A stretch of DNA of 63,987 bases, counting the filler, from Basidiobolus ranarum (taxonomy: Eukaryota), in assembly GCA_040143965.1 (NCBI GenBank). It is 4 parts of 4 records of this genome, joined end to end, with 100 filler letters (N's around TTAATTAATTAA, not from the genome) between each part and the next. Parts side by side here need not be neighbours in the genome. Positions count along the whole stretch, not along the records: positions 49,581 to 63,987 come from JASJQH010000426.1; 3 more parts are not named here. One strand, written 5' to 3'. The translations under genes and the position numbers were made by a program. Positions within the stretch are counted from its first letter, which is position 1. Each line of letters starts with the position of its first letter. The notes under the pieces are model-generated. The model was not told the origin of the DNA and did not search any database. It saw only the letters and a list, made by a program, of their open reading frames with translations. This document shows, one piece after another, positions 50,110-62,643 of the stretch.

Positions 50110-51841
50110 TAAGCTAGTGTTTATTTCTTCGTTTTATGTAAAATAAATATTAAATAAATCGATTAGATAACTCATCCAGATTTGTTCAAATCTCAAGTTT
50201 TTCATCTGAATATTAAGCTCATAGTTTCTTTAACCCAAGGGTTGAAGGAAATCTGATACCCTTGCCAACCACTGTTTTATTGATATGAAAACCGCATAGT
50301 AACTTCGTGTTTATTGTCGACTTTGTGAATGGAAAACTTTGTTAGTAGATATATTTTCTTCTTTAGCCCTGTTCGTATTTTATTTTATCTCCACTACTTT
50401 CAAAAATTGACCAGATTGACAATACTTGTTGCTTCATACTGCCCAAAAGGACCTCAGGCCTCATTACAACTGCAATTCAATATATTAGAGCATCGAGTAT
50501 CTTCACAATTACCTCAGAAATATACAATACTATTTGAGCTAAAGTAACCTATAGAAATTGGGCATAGTGAGCATTTTACTATTTACTATGATATATTGAT
50601 AGAGTTAGAGTAAAAAAATTGAGGGGGATTCTGTACGATATACTTGAAGCCCTTCATGGTCACATCGCCCCATTCTCTAAAATGCCTTTAGGTGAAATAT
50701 AACTTGAGGCTGAATGGACCAACAATTAGAAGTTCTAGTGTGATATACGCTAACAGTGGAGCTTGGCAATTAAGCATTAATATTGACGAAGCTCTGATGA
50801 ACTATCAATGATCTAAAAGACTACTTCCCATTGATATTTGATGATCCTAACAGAATTAGATAGCCTTGAGCTGTGATGTAAATCTCGAAGATAGCGTGAC
50901 TTTAAACCAGATCGAATAATAACAACTACGAACATTTCATTTGTTTAACGTTCAGAGATCACATCTCTATGTTATTCATGAAATCACTACATTCTATGTG
51001 GTACCAATAAACCGGAATATATTCTCTGAATGATCCTGAAATATGTCAAATCTTATTTAATTAATCAAAATAATTCGAAACGTCATTATGACAACACACA
51101 TCACTGGATACGGTAATGATGCCAGTACGAAATAGCCAAACATAATCCTGCTACTAAGGATGCAATATACTGTATCAATCATGCAAGTACTGGTATACAC
51201 GACAAGAGACAATCTCTTGCTGGGAACCTGTATCATCCTAAATACATCAAGTAATAAATCAGGTTTTGATGCGAGTGTCATAAGTGCAGCTTATGGTGGC
51301 TCAGAAGTTGTTTCTTGAACATGATAGGTGAGCTGTGAAATTTGAGGTTGGCAGTATATTCAGCAATCCATTTCTTCAATTTCACGCAGAGGCAAGCGGA
51401 TTCCATTGAGAGCGTAGCGGGCAGGTAAAAGGAGCCTCCATAGGACGAACAAATATGGATGGTTACGAGATTGAATGAAACCAATAGTGGTATTATTCGA
51501 AATATCCATTTCGCATTCAATGTATGTTCAAAATTTGCGTGGAGACTTATATTAACTGGAGATCCTCAAACTAAACTACGCTATAGAGACGCAAAGAGAA
51601 CTCAATAATGAATCATATAACTACCAAACAGTTGAAATCTTGATTAGCCCATACATATAATCAAGCATTTAAGATCTGATGTATCTGCTATAACTAGTAG
51701 ATTATCTCAACAAAACTCCAAGTTCCTTCAGTTTGTGGTAGCCACATACTACGTCACCTTCGACGTTATTTTCAATAAAAGCCATTCAGAAGCTTAGTCT
51801 TTCCAGTAGACATCCTTTCAGCATCCTGAATAGTCAATAAA

Positions 51842-52141
51842 ATGAGCAACATCTCCACTGCCGCGCAAAATCTCACTGGTGATATTGAAAAGAGAATCGG
51901 AAAAGTTCTTCACAAAGAAAGCCTAATCCGCAAAGGAGAGAACAAGAAGATTGACGCCCATGAACAAAAAAATATTCGTGATAACAGTAGTATATCAGGT
52001 GTTGGAAACGCTCGCTCGGTAAAATCCACGCCATCTAATGACCTTGACATCAACGATGTGAGAGATACTAACACGGATGTTGGGAAAGAGTCGGCTGAAC
52101 AACATATTCTCTCTCAAAATTATGAGAATGTACTTAACTAA
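51842..52141 (+). CDS. Small hydrophilic protein, CsbD/stress-hydrophilin-like
   Basis: Good start context (AAAATG). N-terminal AQNLTGDIEKRIGKVLHKESLIRKGE resembles the CsbD-like helix pair, and the rest is polar. Confidence 0.5.
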   Translation: MSNISTAAQNLTGDIEKRIGKVLHKESLIRKGENKKIDAHEQKNIRDNSSISGVGNARSVKSTPSNDLDINDVRDTNTDVGKESAEQHILSQNYENVLN

Positions 52142-54517
52142 CTTAAAATATGTTACAAAGAAACGCTGATGAATTACAAATAAATTATGAGAAACTCACA
52201 ATGAATGTCAAATCAAAATAGCTATGGTAAATCGGGAGTAAAAGGCCGATGCTTGCCGCTGTGCAGTCGTAAATAGAGGAGACATGTCCAATTCGCAGGT
52301 CTACCAAGTAGACGCAATCCTCCAATTCTAATATAAGGTAATAACTGACATGCTATACGGAAGCGGTATTTCCAAATCGAATGAGGATAGTTTCATACTT
52401 CTATACCTTAAACTTCTTTTAACTGTTGGTAATTATATTCATACTGCCGAATACACGATTCTTGAACTTTGTTAGAATTGAAACACATTGCAAATTATTC
52501 TATGATTATACATCAGTTTCAACGTGCACATCTTATCACCAACTAAACCGTAACTGGTCCCAAGTGGATAGCATAAAGGTTTACTATCGATCCAGCCATG
52601 TCAACTGACGCGCATCACAGCTGTTGCAAAAAGAGCAATAAATATTGTTTTTACAGACAAATATCTCTATAATACTCAATTATTGTGGTTACGTTGAAAT
52701 GGACCGGTATGTTACTATTTATAGATACTGCTTCGGATTGGGTTGTGGTATTTCTCGATGCCTTCTCGAAAGTGTCTATTGATGAAGTCATGAAAGTTAT
52801 CAACGTCAGTATTATTCTGGGTGGCTGTGATTCTAGATAGTTGTCTGTCTATTTTCTGCTTGCCTTTCAGAATTGTTTTAGGTATGATTTTAATGTAATG
52901 GTCGCAAAAGCCCACTTTGATGGATATCTGCCATATGTTGACACCTTGGCATCTCTACTTCCCTCGAATCAATTGTCTGTTCATACAGATTTCATTTAGG
53001 GCTAGCCACTGATATTCATTCTTATTGGACGCGTGTAGTAAGCGATGACTGTCTTGTGAACTGTCTCAACTTCATATGTAGTGAGGATTTATAGGAATCA
53101 CGATGACCAAGAATACGGCATGAACAGAAGAATTGCAAGCACTGCTCTAAGCCATTCGAATCGAACATGAATGAGGATCGATGTTGCAATAAGCATGCAC
53201 AGATATATAGAGTAAAGTTATTCATCTATACAGATAACTTTCATGTCGACAGGGCCAGAACACTATTATCATAGCACTATCCAAATCACCGTCACCAATT
53301 CTCCTGAAAATCGATAGTGAACACCAATCTATGAAGTCACGCTTTCAGGGACTTGAAGTAACTGAGGATCTCCTAGATTCTAGATAAGAAAACTCTCAAA
53401 AGCAATTGATAAGTCAATAAAGGTTAGAAGTACCCAAGCTCAGATTCCAGTTGACTTGATCTGAAACCCTTCTCCCTATTGCTCCAATAGCTCTCTAAGC
53501 CAATAGTGGGGCCGGAGCTTGGATTGATTGACCGTGCAGGTAGTGCAAATCAGTCCTTATCCCGTATTGTTCTATTCAATACAGCACATACGCCTACTGA
53601 ATACCGAGTTGCTGCTTACCTGAGTAGGGAATTTTCTGTCAACCACCTCCCAGCATGTGGCTTGAATTCATATACAGTCTTCAACGCCCCTATACTGAAG
53701 TTTAATTTTGAGTGTGAATGGATGAGCTTGACTGTATGTGAACTAACTGATCATTGGACGATTAATAAATTGCATGAGTAACTCTGTCTGGAAATCCAAT
53801 CACAATCACCGAAAGAGTGGCGTTTAACCAATATTTAATGTGAGCTCGATAATTTCATCAATTCATGCCTCACGTCCGAGAATGGTTAACGCTCCTAGTG
53901 GTTTGCATCAGTTTTTTCCCCCAATGCACCTCGCACATATGTATCTAGCTAATGACGTACTAGTTCCTGATTGGTAGCACTTGGCCTGCATAATCTCTAC
54001 TTAGTCTTCGTTTCTCAGACATATTATTAACTAAACGAGCAGATCGATTTGAGTGAACTCTATCACAAGCTTACTTCCACCGGTATTTACACTACGTCAC
54101 GTGAATGTGAACCCTTCTTTAGTCCAACACTGGGTCATATGGCATTGAGTGCGTCCCGACAAGGATTACGTATGGAGCCTTACGGGCGCGTTGATCTGGC
54201 GCATGAGCTTGGAACTCGCAATCTATATCCAATACTTACCATTTTTGGTATAAGTAGCCTGCCTGATTTATCTTCAGACAAAAATACGAATGCATAAAAC
54301 GTACTGAATCGCATGTCAGAGTTAAAATAGGATGTATCATCGTTGAAACAATGATTACACGCTTGTATTGGATTATGGATTGCTAATCCTATTTCATAGA
54401 AAGCGAAGATATGGTGAAACTTCTGTGAGCAAAATCTGTCTACATAGTAAAGCTGCGGAAACATAGGTAATCACAAAGCAAGAATAAATCAGAGTAAAGA
54501 CTGCTTTAATGTAAGGA

Positions 54518-55127
54518 TTATGATGGCGTCACTGCAATAGTGTTTCTACAGCGCGGGCAGGTATGAACAACATCCATACACCCAGTGCACACAAAAGGTA
54601 CCCAGAAGAGAGGCCAGCAGATGAAGCAGAGTAACACACTCCCACATCCAGACATAAAACCTATATGTGATATTAGTGATCAGACAGATTTGCTTTTCAA
54701 TTCATGTATAAAATCGTTTACCTGGGGTGTGATTTGCCTTTGTTACTATATCTGTGCGGCAGAATGGACATACCATAGCTACAGGTTTGCGTGAATTTAC
54801 TATGACAACAGTCTCAACTGGAGCAACCATGACAGGTGTCATGTGGGGAGGACGATTACTTCCATATTGAACATGCGGCGGCATTTGTGGAGCATTCTGT
54901 TGCGGATGAGGGTTACTGCCATAGGAAGAGGGATTATACTGAGGTGCGTATGGAGCAGAGTTTGGAGCAGCATACGAGGTAGTATTAGGGTTGGGGTTAG
55001 AGGCGGGATTGGGAGCGACGTATGGAGGAGGTGGACCCTGTGTGTAATTGCTAGTGCCTTCTGCCCTAGAGGAAGTTGCAGCTTCAGCTGGAGGAATGGG
55101 TGGTTGTGTTGATTTCTTTTCAGACAT
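54518..55127 (-). CDS. LITAF-like zinc-ribbon membrane-associated protein; 2 exons
   Basis: Pro-rich N-terminus with PPPY, CPFC knuckle, then exon 2 GFMSGCGSVLLCFICWPLFWVPFVCTGCMDVVHTCPRC (hydrophobic stretch plus HxCxxC). Confidence 0.9.
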
Positions 55128-56014
55128 GGTAAAGGTGATGGTCTACTTGGAAGTGTAATTCAAAAATATCAGAAAAAGTGGTTACAATATGAACTTAAAT
55201 GAGTTAAAAATGTTGAAAGGCGATTAAAGTGTGAAACGATGAATTTGAATGGAAAGGTACGTAATTGACAGGGCAAAACCCGTAGCCTCACTCTATTTAA
55301 GTTACTGATGAAAAGGTGATCCGGATTGGTCAGTCACATATCTCCAGACTAGATGTATATTTATATTCAAGCAGACGTCTTGAGGTTGCCCAATAAGCTA
55401 GTATTCAGGCATTGTTTCGAAAATGATCACATTCGGCGACATCATAAATCGTGAAAGAGGATTATGTCTTGGCGTATGACTTGATTTAGAAGGGATCCAT
55501 CCTGATCCTTGTTGACCGGCTAGGATTAAATTTTAATCATGGATAGTTCTTCATAGCGCATGCACATTCAACCATCAAACACATGTAAGACCAAGTTTGT
55601 AGTTGGAACAAATGATAATATCGAAGTGGTCGGAACTTTCTTTCTATTGATAATTCCAATGCGAAGATTGGCTGTATATTCAATTGGACTTCCATGACGG
55701 ATTCTCTTCAGGAACTGCTTGCGGTCTCCAGCTCTTGGCTGATCTGATAAGGTCTGTTGATGCTCTACAGTACACTCGATAAACTGAATTCAATGACATC
55801 TCAATTCTGTACACTCTCGCACGGTTGTTCTTTACCCCTGCCAAAGTGGTGGAGGCCATAGCTTTGCACTGATTTATTTCAACGTGTTATTCAGGGATGT
55901 GTGCAGTTTGATGTATGGGGGTGCTATTGTTGCACGATGATATCTCAAATGATCAATTCAATATATGAGGCATTAACAACTAGTTTATCTAAGCAAATAG
56001 AATGGAATTGAGTA

Positions 56015-57093
56015 TTAAGCTGTTTGGAAGTCTCCAAAGTCTGATGAGAAGTTTTGTGGCTTTGGAGATCCACGGCGTTTTCGATTGCCCACAGGTGGAG
56101 GTGGAGGTGGTAGCAAGGGCATTACTGATTTATTGTGAGAGGAATTAGTAAACCAGTCAATGGCTCTCCATACATAATGATATTTACCTCCTTCAGTAGC
56201 GGTAGTTTCGGTATCTCGAGGCTTGGACCCGCCATGATTTCCAATCTATTATTGTTGGCTTTAGTTCATACTCAAGGAGCGAGCCGACATGAATAACAAA
56301 CCTTTCCAATTTTGAGACTAAGCATCTCCCCATCTTTTAGTGAATAGTCATGCTTCGGATCATTGTCAACAGCTACATCGTTGCTGGTAGAACCACTCTC
56401 CGCAATCTCCTTTTCTGATTTGAGACGACTAAATCGAAGAGTTAAGTAAGATAACAGTGAGGAAATGGGCCGATTGTTGGTGTAAATACCGAGTGAAATC
56501 TTGGAGCGCTACGTTGAAGTCAAATGCTTCACTCCGTTCCAGGAAACCCATACCCACAAAAGCATGGCGACCTAATGACTAGGTTAATCCTACATTCCAT
56601 ACTACCTCACTCGCTTAATAAAACATACCATTATCTTCGATTCTTAACACAAAATACCGACTGGAGTCTAACACAGGCTCAACGCTATTGTTTTCTGGAT
56701 TATATGGACAAACCGCGAATAACTCGCCTATGGAAAAAGAAGTTCAGACTTATAAACAAATGTAACTTCGAACACTTTTTCTCTAACCATTATTCTCATC
56801 TTCAAGGCGGATGTCGCATTTCTCTCCAGAGGTTACAATTCTTAATCTGCCCTTCCAGAGAAAACTTTGCACATCCCATTCTTGGGCCCTATTGAATTCT
56901 CATGAATGATGAACTTGGTTCGTTCGAATTATTCGGTACTTACTTATATCCAGCATTGCGAACTCTTGGTGGAATACGATAAACTTATACAAGAAATCGG
57001 TGAGAAATTGTTAACTTCGTATATAAAAGATGAATTTCAGAATATACCATAGCATTCCCGAATTACTGCCAACACAGATTCATAGTCATCCAT
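56015..57093 (-). CDS. NECAP: NECAP (adaptin ear-binding coat-associated protein, PHear/DUF1681 domain); 8 short exons
   Basis: Not in the ORF track. Manual splicing gives [22 protein letters not shown]…AQEW…WKGRLRIV…GELFAVCPY…[42 protein letters not shown]…DYSLKDGE…LLPPPPP…DFGDFQTA*. Confidence 0.93.
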
Positions 57094-57796
57094 CTTTTTA
57101 TTAACCGTTAGTATTGAGAATAAACACTCGTTTGTAACTGTATTTGGTGACTGTAGAAGAGGTTTATAAGATGATTCTGAATTCCTCTTGTCAATCGAAT
57201 GAAAGCTACTATTTACATTATTTAAATTTTCATTGATTGGCCCATTCTAATTCATAATCAACCATTTACAAATTCATTGCTTAAGATCAAGTACTAATAC
57301 ATACTTGTTCAAGTGGTATCATCGGAACACTCTAATAGATGTATAAGCCCACACAGTTACTACGTTGTGTAGACCTCATATGATAAGCAGTCTAGCTACA
57401 AGTCATCACATCACATATAGATTTTTGTAGTTGCTTATTTGTAGCTAGAAGAGACAAATAGCCAGCTTCTGACCTTTCATTTAATAACTGAGGAACTGCT
57501 TGGGACCTTTACTCATCTTCCAGTGAAAACCTGCTCTGTGGTTTACTATGTCCTGTTATTAAGCTTTATTCAAATAAAATCCTTTGCTGATGGTCGTACT
57601 TTTCTTTTAAAATTAAATCAACAAGCCTCCGCCAACAGTAATTTATGTCTCAACTCGTGATAAAGACGCTTACACTATATGGTGTTACGGTTGGCCAAAA
57701 TTTCTTATTTTTACTCAAAAAGAATGGATTTTAGTTTCTTGAAAATGCTTCTCATTCAAGTTTTACTCTGCTTGTTCAACATATAACTCTAGATGT

Positions 57797-59317
57797 TTAA
57801 GGCGATGGGATGTATCTTGGGTCCTGCCTTAAGCCCGCAAAAAGATGTGTAGATAATGGACAAATATGAGCCCACTGACTAGCATCCGGTATTCTAGGAT
57901 CAGGTAGCTCCTTAGTATCGTAAGGAGATGAATACTGTTGGCCCATTGTCTTTAGAAGCTCTATCGTTGATTGTACGTTATCTAACGAAACGGGAGAAGT
58001 GTAATTTAACCCACGGAGTTTTTGTAACAGCTCGGCATTTGTTTGTTCAAATCTTCTCGTTTTAACAAAGTCCATATTTCTCTGGTCTAGCCAATCCTTT
58101 TCTAATGCTTGTGGAATGCGCAAATTGTTCAAATCATTTCGATCAAACGGTGAAAGCCCACCGAATATCTTCGCGTAATCTGGGTTTGCTAGTAGTTGCA
58201 CTTTGCTTAGTGGGATTACCGGCTGCGAGAATGGTGCTCGGATGAAATCTCCGGGACTATCAGTGTAAGTGTAGCAAAGGCCAGCTGACGAGATATCCAT
58301 TACCGCACTGACAGGAATGTTAAATGGAACCAGGTTATCGCACATAGTAGCAGAGGCATTGGGGGAAGTATCTTCAGTAGTATTACCAGACCGAACGATC
58401 CCACCGTAGCCATATTGAACATCTGGATGCAGCTTCTGCCATCTGTGCCAGATTTTATCAATAAATCCGTGATGAATCCAAAACAAAGGACTACAAGGAT
58501 TCGAAGAAATCGATGAATATAATGGCCAGAATTTTCTGATCTGCGTTATAACAACGTAATTGCGATCACTTACTCATTTGGACTGTAGAGTTCGGCCATA
58601 TCCCCACCAATAGCTCGGTGAACGTTGTTATGTGGCCCGTATTCCATAATATCATGGAATTGAAGATAATCCGAAGCAACATCAATGAAGTTGTTCAGTG
58701 ATTCTGGTGGGTAGATAGAGACCATCTTATCCCCACCATTGAATATTCTTTTCAGGCAGCCCTCAGTAGGGATTTCACGCATCCACCGTGCAAACCGTCC
58801 TTTTATGACACAATTGTCTGGTCCTTCACCATTACCACCACCTTCGGTCATGGCAAATTGTGTTTCAGGAGACTGTGAGTCGATAGTCCAATCCTATACA
58901 TAGAGTGGTGAATACAGCATCGACTATTGGCTAAAACATAAAGATATAATTTACCCAGTATGGTAGCATCACATTAGGATCGATCTCCTGGAGCCTACGT
59001 TCAAAAACTCTGATGTAGTACCGATGCCAAGGGAAAAATGCGGGCGTTTGATGCGCCCACATATCGTATTCCTTGTGTAATGGCACAAGATAGGTATGGA
59101 GGCCTCTATCATGAAGCTTGTGGAAAGCGTCTATGAAACCGTCCCATTCTCGCTTAGTCATCTGACGGATTTCTTTGCGCACGGAAATATGAGTACATTT
59201 GGTGGGGAGACCTTGTGGCCCGCTAAAGGCACTATTTGGCATCTCATAGGAGCTTCTGACCCCAACACTAAATAATAAGGCATATAGTGCCCAGCTCAGT
59301 CGAACGCTTATCGTCAT
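57797..59317 (-). CDS. Secreted tyrosinase / type-3 di-copper protein; 3 exons
   Basis: Signal peptide from ATG 59317, VRKEIRQM, CuA H…AHQTPAFFPWHR, LPYW, and CuB PHNNVH…GGDM…SPN-PLFWIHHGFIDKIWHRWQ, followed by LCYTY. Confidence 0.92.
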
Positions 59318-60328
59318 GGATTTATTTCTAAATGCTTGAGCGTAAGAGATTTGGATATGGGCAGGGCACACTAAAGAAGCAAATAGAGAACCAAATAGGA
59401 AAGCTGGCAAAGGATCGTACACTGATGCAAATGTTCTTTTAAATGAGAAACAATTATCTCTGCAGGGATCAGCAAAGGATACAATTTGATCCTGTAACCG
59501 GAACTGATTGCATGTATTACCTATTCTGATGTTTTCCTATTTGGAGTCCAACGTTTCAGCTACCAACAGTGTTTGTGTTAGAATTGGAGGCGCTTCTATA
59601 TCCACTGGCTAGAGGTTTTAGGTATTTGGAGTATCAAGGGCTATTTGCTGTTTGTAAACACTCGCACTTCAGACATGATATAGACGCCGTAGACATTCCA
59701 TATTGTATGAACCCACTCTTCTGTGCATGTAATTGACCTTTGTTTTAACCCAAGAATTTCCAATACTAAATTGCCTATAAAGAAAACCGATATGAATACA
59801 AAGTATGAGGTTTAACGCAATAGAAGCATTCCCTCTCGCTATCCCTAGTCATATTTACTTTCGATTTACCTACCAATCTACTCAGGACAGCTTTTTGTTG
59901 GAAACTACATATCGGCATAACAAAACATCTTCAAACACATTTGAAGCAATCAATGATATTTGACTGAATTTGCAGATATGCTCACTTTCCAAAACCTGAA
60001 ACATTTATGGTGGTCATAATAATGAAATTGACAGAACAATATTATTTGAAGGATTGCCCTCGTTTACCGATTAACCCCCTCCCCCCCAAAAAAAAATAAA
60101 CAGTACTTGTATGTTCATAGGGTGTATCACAAAATATTAGACGTCTGTAGATATTTTATCGATAATTTTATTTTCCATGGCAAGAGTACATATGATTAAT
60201 GGTTTTGGGGGAAATAGAGTGTCTTCATACCAGTAGAACGACAGAAGGATTCATCCTGGTTTCTGCATTTGCTATGTGTAGTGTGGATTAATTAGGATCA
60301 TATTCAAAACTGCCGAAAGGTGGGCTTT

Positions 60329-62643
60329 TTAACGATCGAAAAGAGCCCAACTCTGAAGCCATTCCCGAGATGCTAAATCTTTGGCAGGGTAATCAAACCC
60401 GAAAACAAACGGCGCAAAATAAAGGAATACTCCTACTACCAGACTTAACATAACTCCGAAAACAATCCATTGCACGAGAGGAGAGCGTTCTCTAGTGAAA
60501 AAATCGATCAAAAAGGTGGACATAAAGATAGCGTAGTAAAGAGCGGGGAAATAATGATGTAAATACGTGACCCGTCCCATTAAAAAGAAGGGGAAGTAAT
60601 GGAGGAACCAGCCGGTAAATAAGAGCTTGCCGACCTCAAAGAATTCTGTAGAGCGTTGGTGGCTACTGAATATTTGTGCTTTACGTTTACTAGCAATAAG
60701 ATAGATCAATGTTAAGCTAGCAAATGTGACAATGGACGCAGCACCACCCCACCAAATGATAGGATGGCCAATAAGCCAATATTTCACATCTTCATTTCCC
60801 CAGGCACACATCCTTAAAGCAGTGTTAAGGAAAGGCCATTCCATGGGCGCTGAGGCGAGAGTGTCGATATGGTCTGGGTCGGGGATTAGAGCATTGTTTG
60901 TCTTCCACATTGCTTGATTCAAATGTATAAAATCAGTCCAAAAATTCGTTCGTAACTCATGTGGCTTGGCCTTGGGTAAATGCTCGTTTTGATGACTTTC
61001 AATATTCCATAGTGCACTAGATCCCCAACCCACTTCTGTATCACAAGAGACTTCACCCTGGCTGTATCCCCAACTAGGTAAAGCGATTGCATTTGTCCTC
61101 AGGATACACCCCGTTGCTTGATGACGAAGACGTAATCTGGTAGTAAGAGAGCGGATTCTCTCTGGCTTGCTAATGACCATATCATCTAAAATCTCGATGA
61201 ACCAATAATCATTTTCATCGCCAAAGGTGAGATTCCCATACCCACTGGCTTCGAATTGCCCTTCAGACAGTGGGGCAGAAACTGCATGGCTGTGTAGGTT
61301 TCTTTGGGTTTTCTCGTGAATTAATCTTATCAAGTCTCCATTTTTCACAGGGACAGCATCTTCGTTAAGAGGTTGCGCCTCTTCCCTAGGCTTCATGACT
61401 ACCCAATTGTTATTCTCATCTTTGTGACCATATATAGTGATTTGCTGCTGCTGAGAACCCTCAGGATATAGATGAGGATGAGAGTGCAATAATCCGTTGT
61501 AATCACCATTGCTTCTTAACGTTATGGAGGAACCATAGGCTAGCTCCAGAGGTACATTCTTCAAATCACTCCCTTCCAAATTTGCTTGGAAAATTGACGA
61601 CATTATCCCATCACTTTTACCACTTTTAGTCAGAAATGTAAAGTGAACCTTGAAACTTGCTACGTAAATACTGAGCGGAATCAAGATCAAACAAATAACC
61701 CTAGCAAGCCAATGCATGAAATAGGAAATCTTTGGCATCCTATAATCGCTAAACTTCTCCCACAAATCCTCCAATGTTTGTAAACCAACCCAAGCGGTAG
61801 TGAAGAAGCCGACCCACTTGACACTAGCTACACAGCCTACGCTGATTCCAGTGGCGAAAAGCCAGAGCCACCATTTGAGTGAAAACGCATTTTGCTGCTG
61901 ACCACGAAATCCTGACTGTCCCCACAATGTAGTGGCGGTAAAACAGAGCAGTATTGGATCCAAAAGTATAAATCTGCTAATCGTTAGAGTCGTGGTATCC
62001 AAAAGCACCATGCTTGCACATAAAAATGCACCTTTTTTAGTGTACCCTAGATTTAAGGCGGTCCAATAGGCAATCGGTACCATTAATATGCCAAATGCAG
62101 CAGTAAACTGCCTTATTCTGAGGAAATCCAAAGTTTCTGGGTAGTTCCCTCCACTTTCGAACTTGAACGACCCATCGTAGCCGGCAAGATATCCCCCCAG
62201 TCCAATAAGCATTTTCCCCAAAGGTGGGTGAACGTCATGATAAAATTCATTGCGCAAATAATAAGAACCGAACTGAATAAAAATATTAGCTCAACATTTT
62301 CCAGAGCAAGCACATTGTGATGAACTTGCCTTTCCAAAATGAGCCTCATCCCATATGACTTTGTTTGCCTTTGAAAGCTGATAAAATCGAGTGAAGATTG
62401 CTAAGGAAGTTAAGCATATGGCTGAAATCCAGATTGCAAGGCTGCTGGGCTGTAGGGAAAGAAGGTAAATGCCGCAAACATCGAGTGGATTTAAAACAAT
62501 TGAATTACCCATTGAAATGTTGAAAACCTCCTGGTGATTGAAGCTTCATGTACGGTGGATTCAGGCTGAGGGGCGGCTAAATCCTGTATTTTTTTCAATT
62601 GCTGCTTTTTTTGGTGCCGAAGGCGCAGATTCTCCCAAACCAT
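60329..62643 (-). CDS. PMT2: Dolichyl-phosphate-mannose:protein O-mannosyltransferase, PMT2 subfamily; 3 exons
   Basis: WDEAHFGK, DVHPPLGKML, SRFILLD, SVKWVG, MIR domains (LLHSHPHLYPEGSQQQQIT, RNLHSH) and MGRVTYLHHYFPALY. The first exon from ATG 62643 splices in frame. Confidence 0.92.

Noticed and set aside
52715-53225. Minus-strand ORF fragments faintly like a TBC-domain C-terminus
   Set aside because: The similarity is too weak and the frames are interrupted.
56524-56895. 123-aa + strand ORF
   Set aside because: It lies antisense to the well-supported NECAP exons, so it is a shadow ORF.
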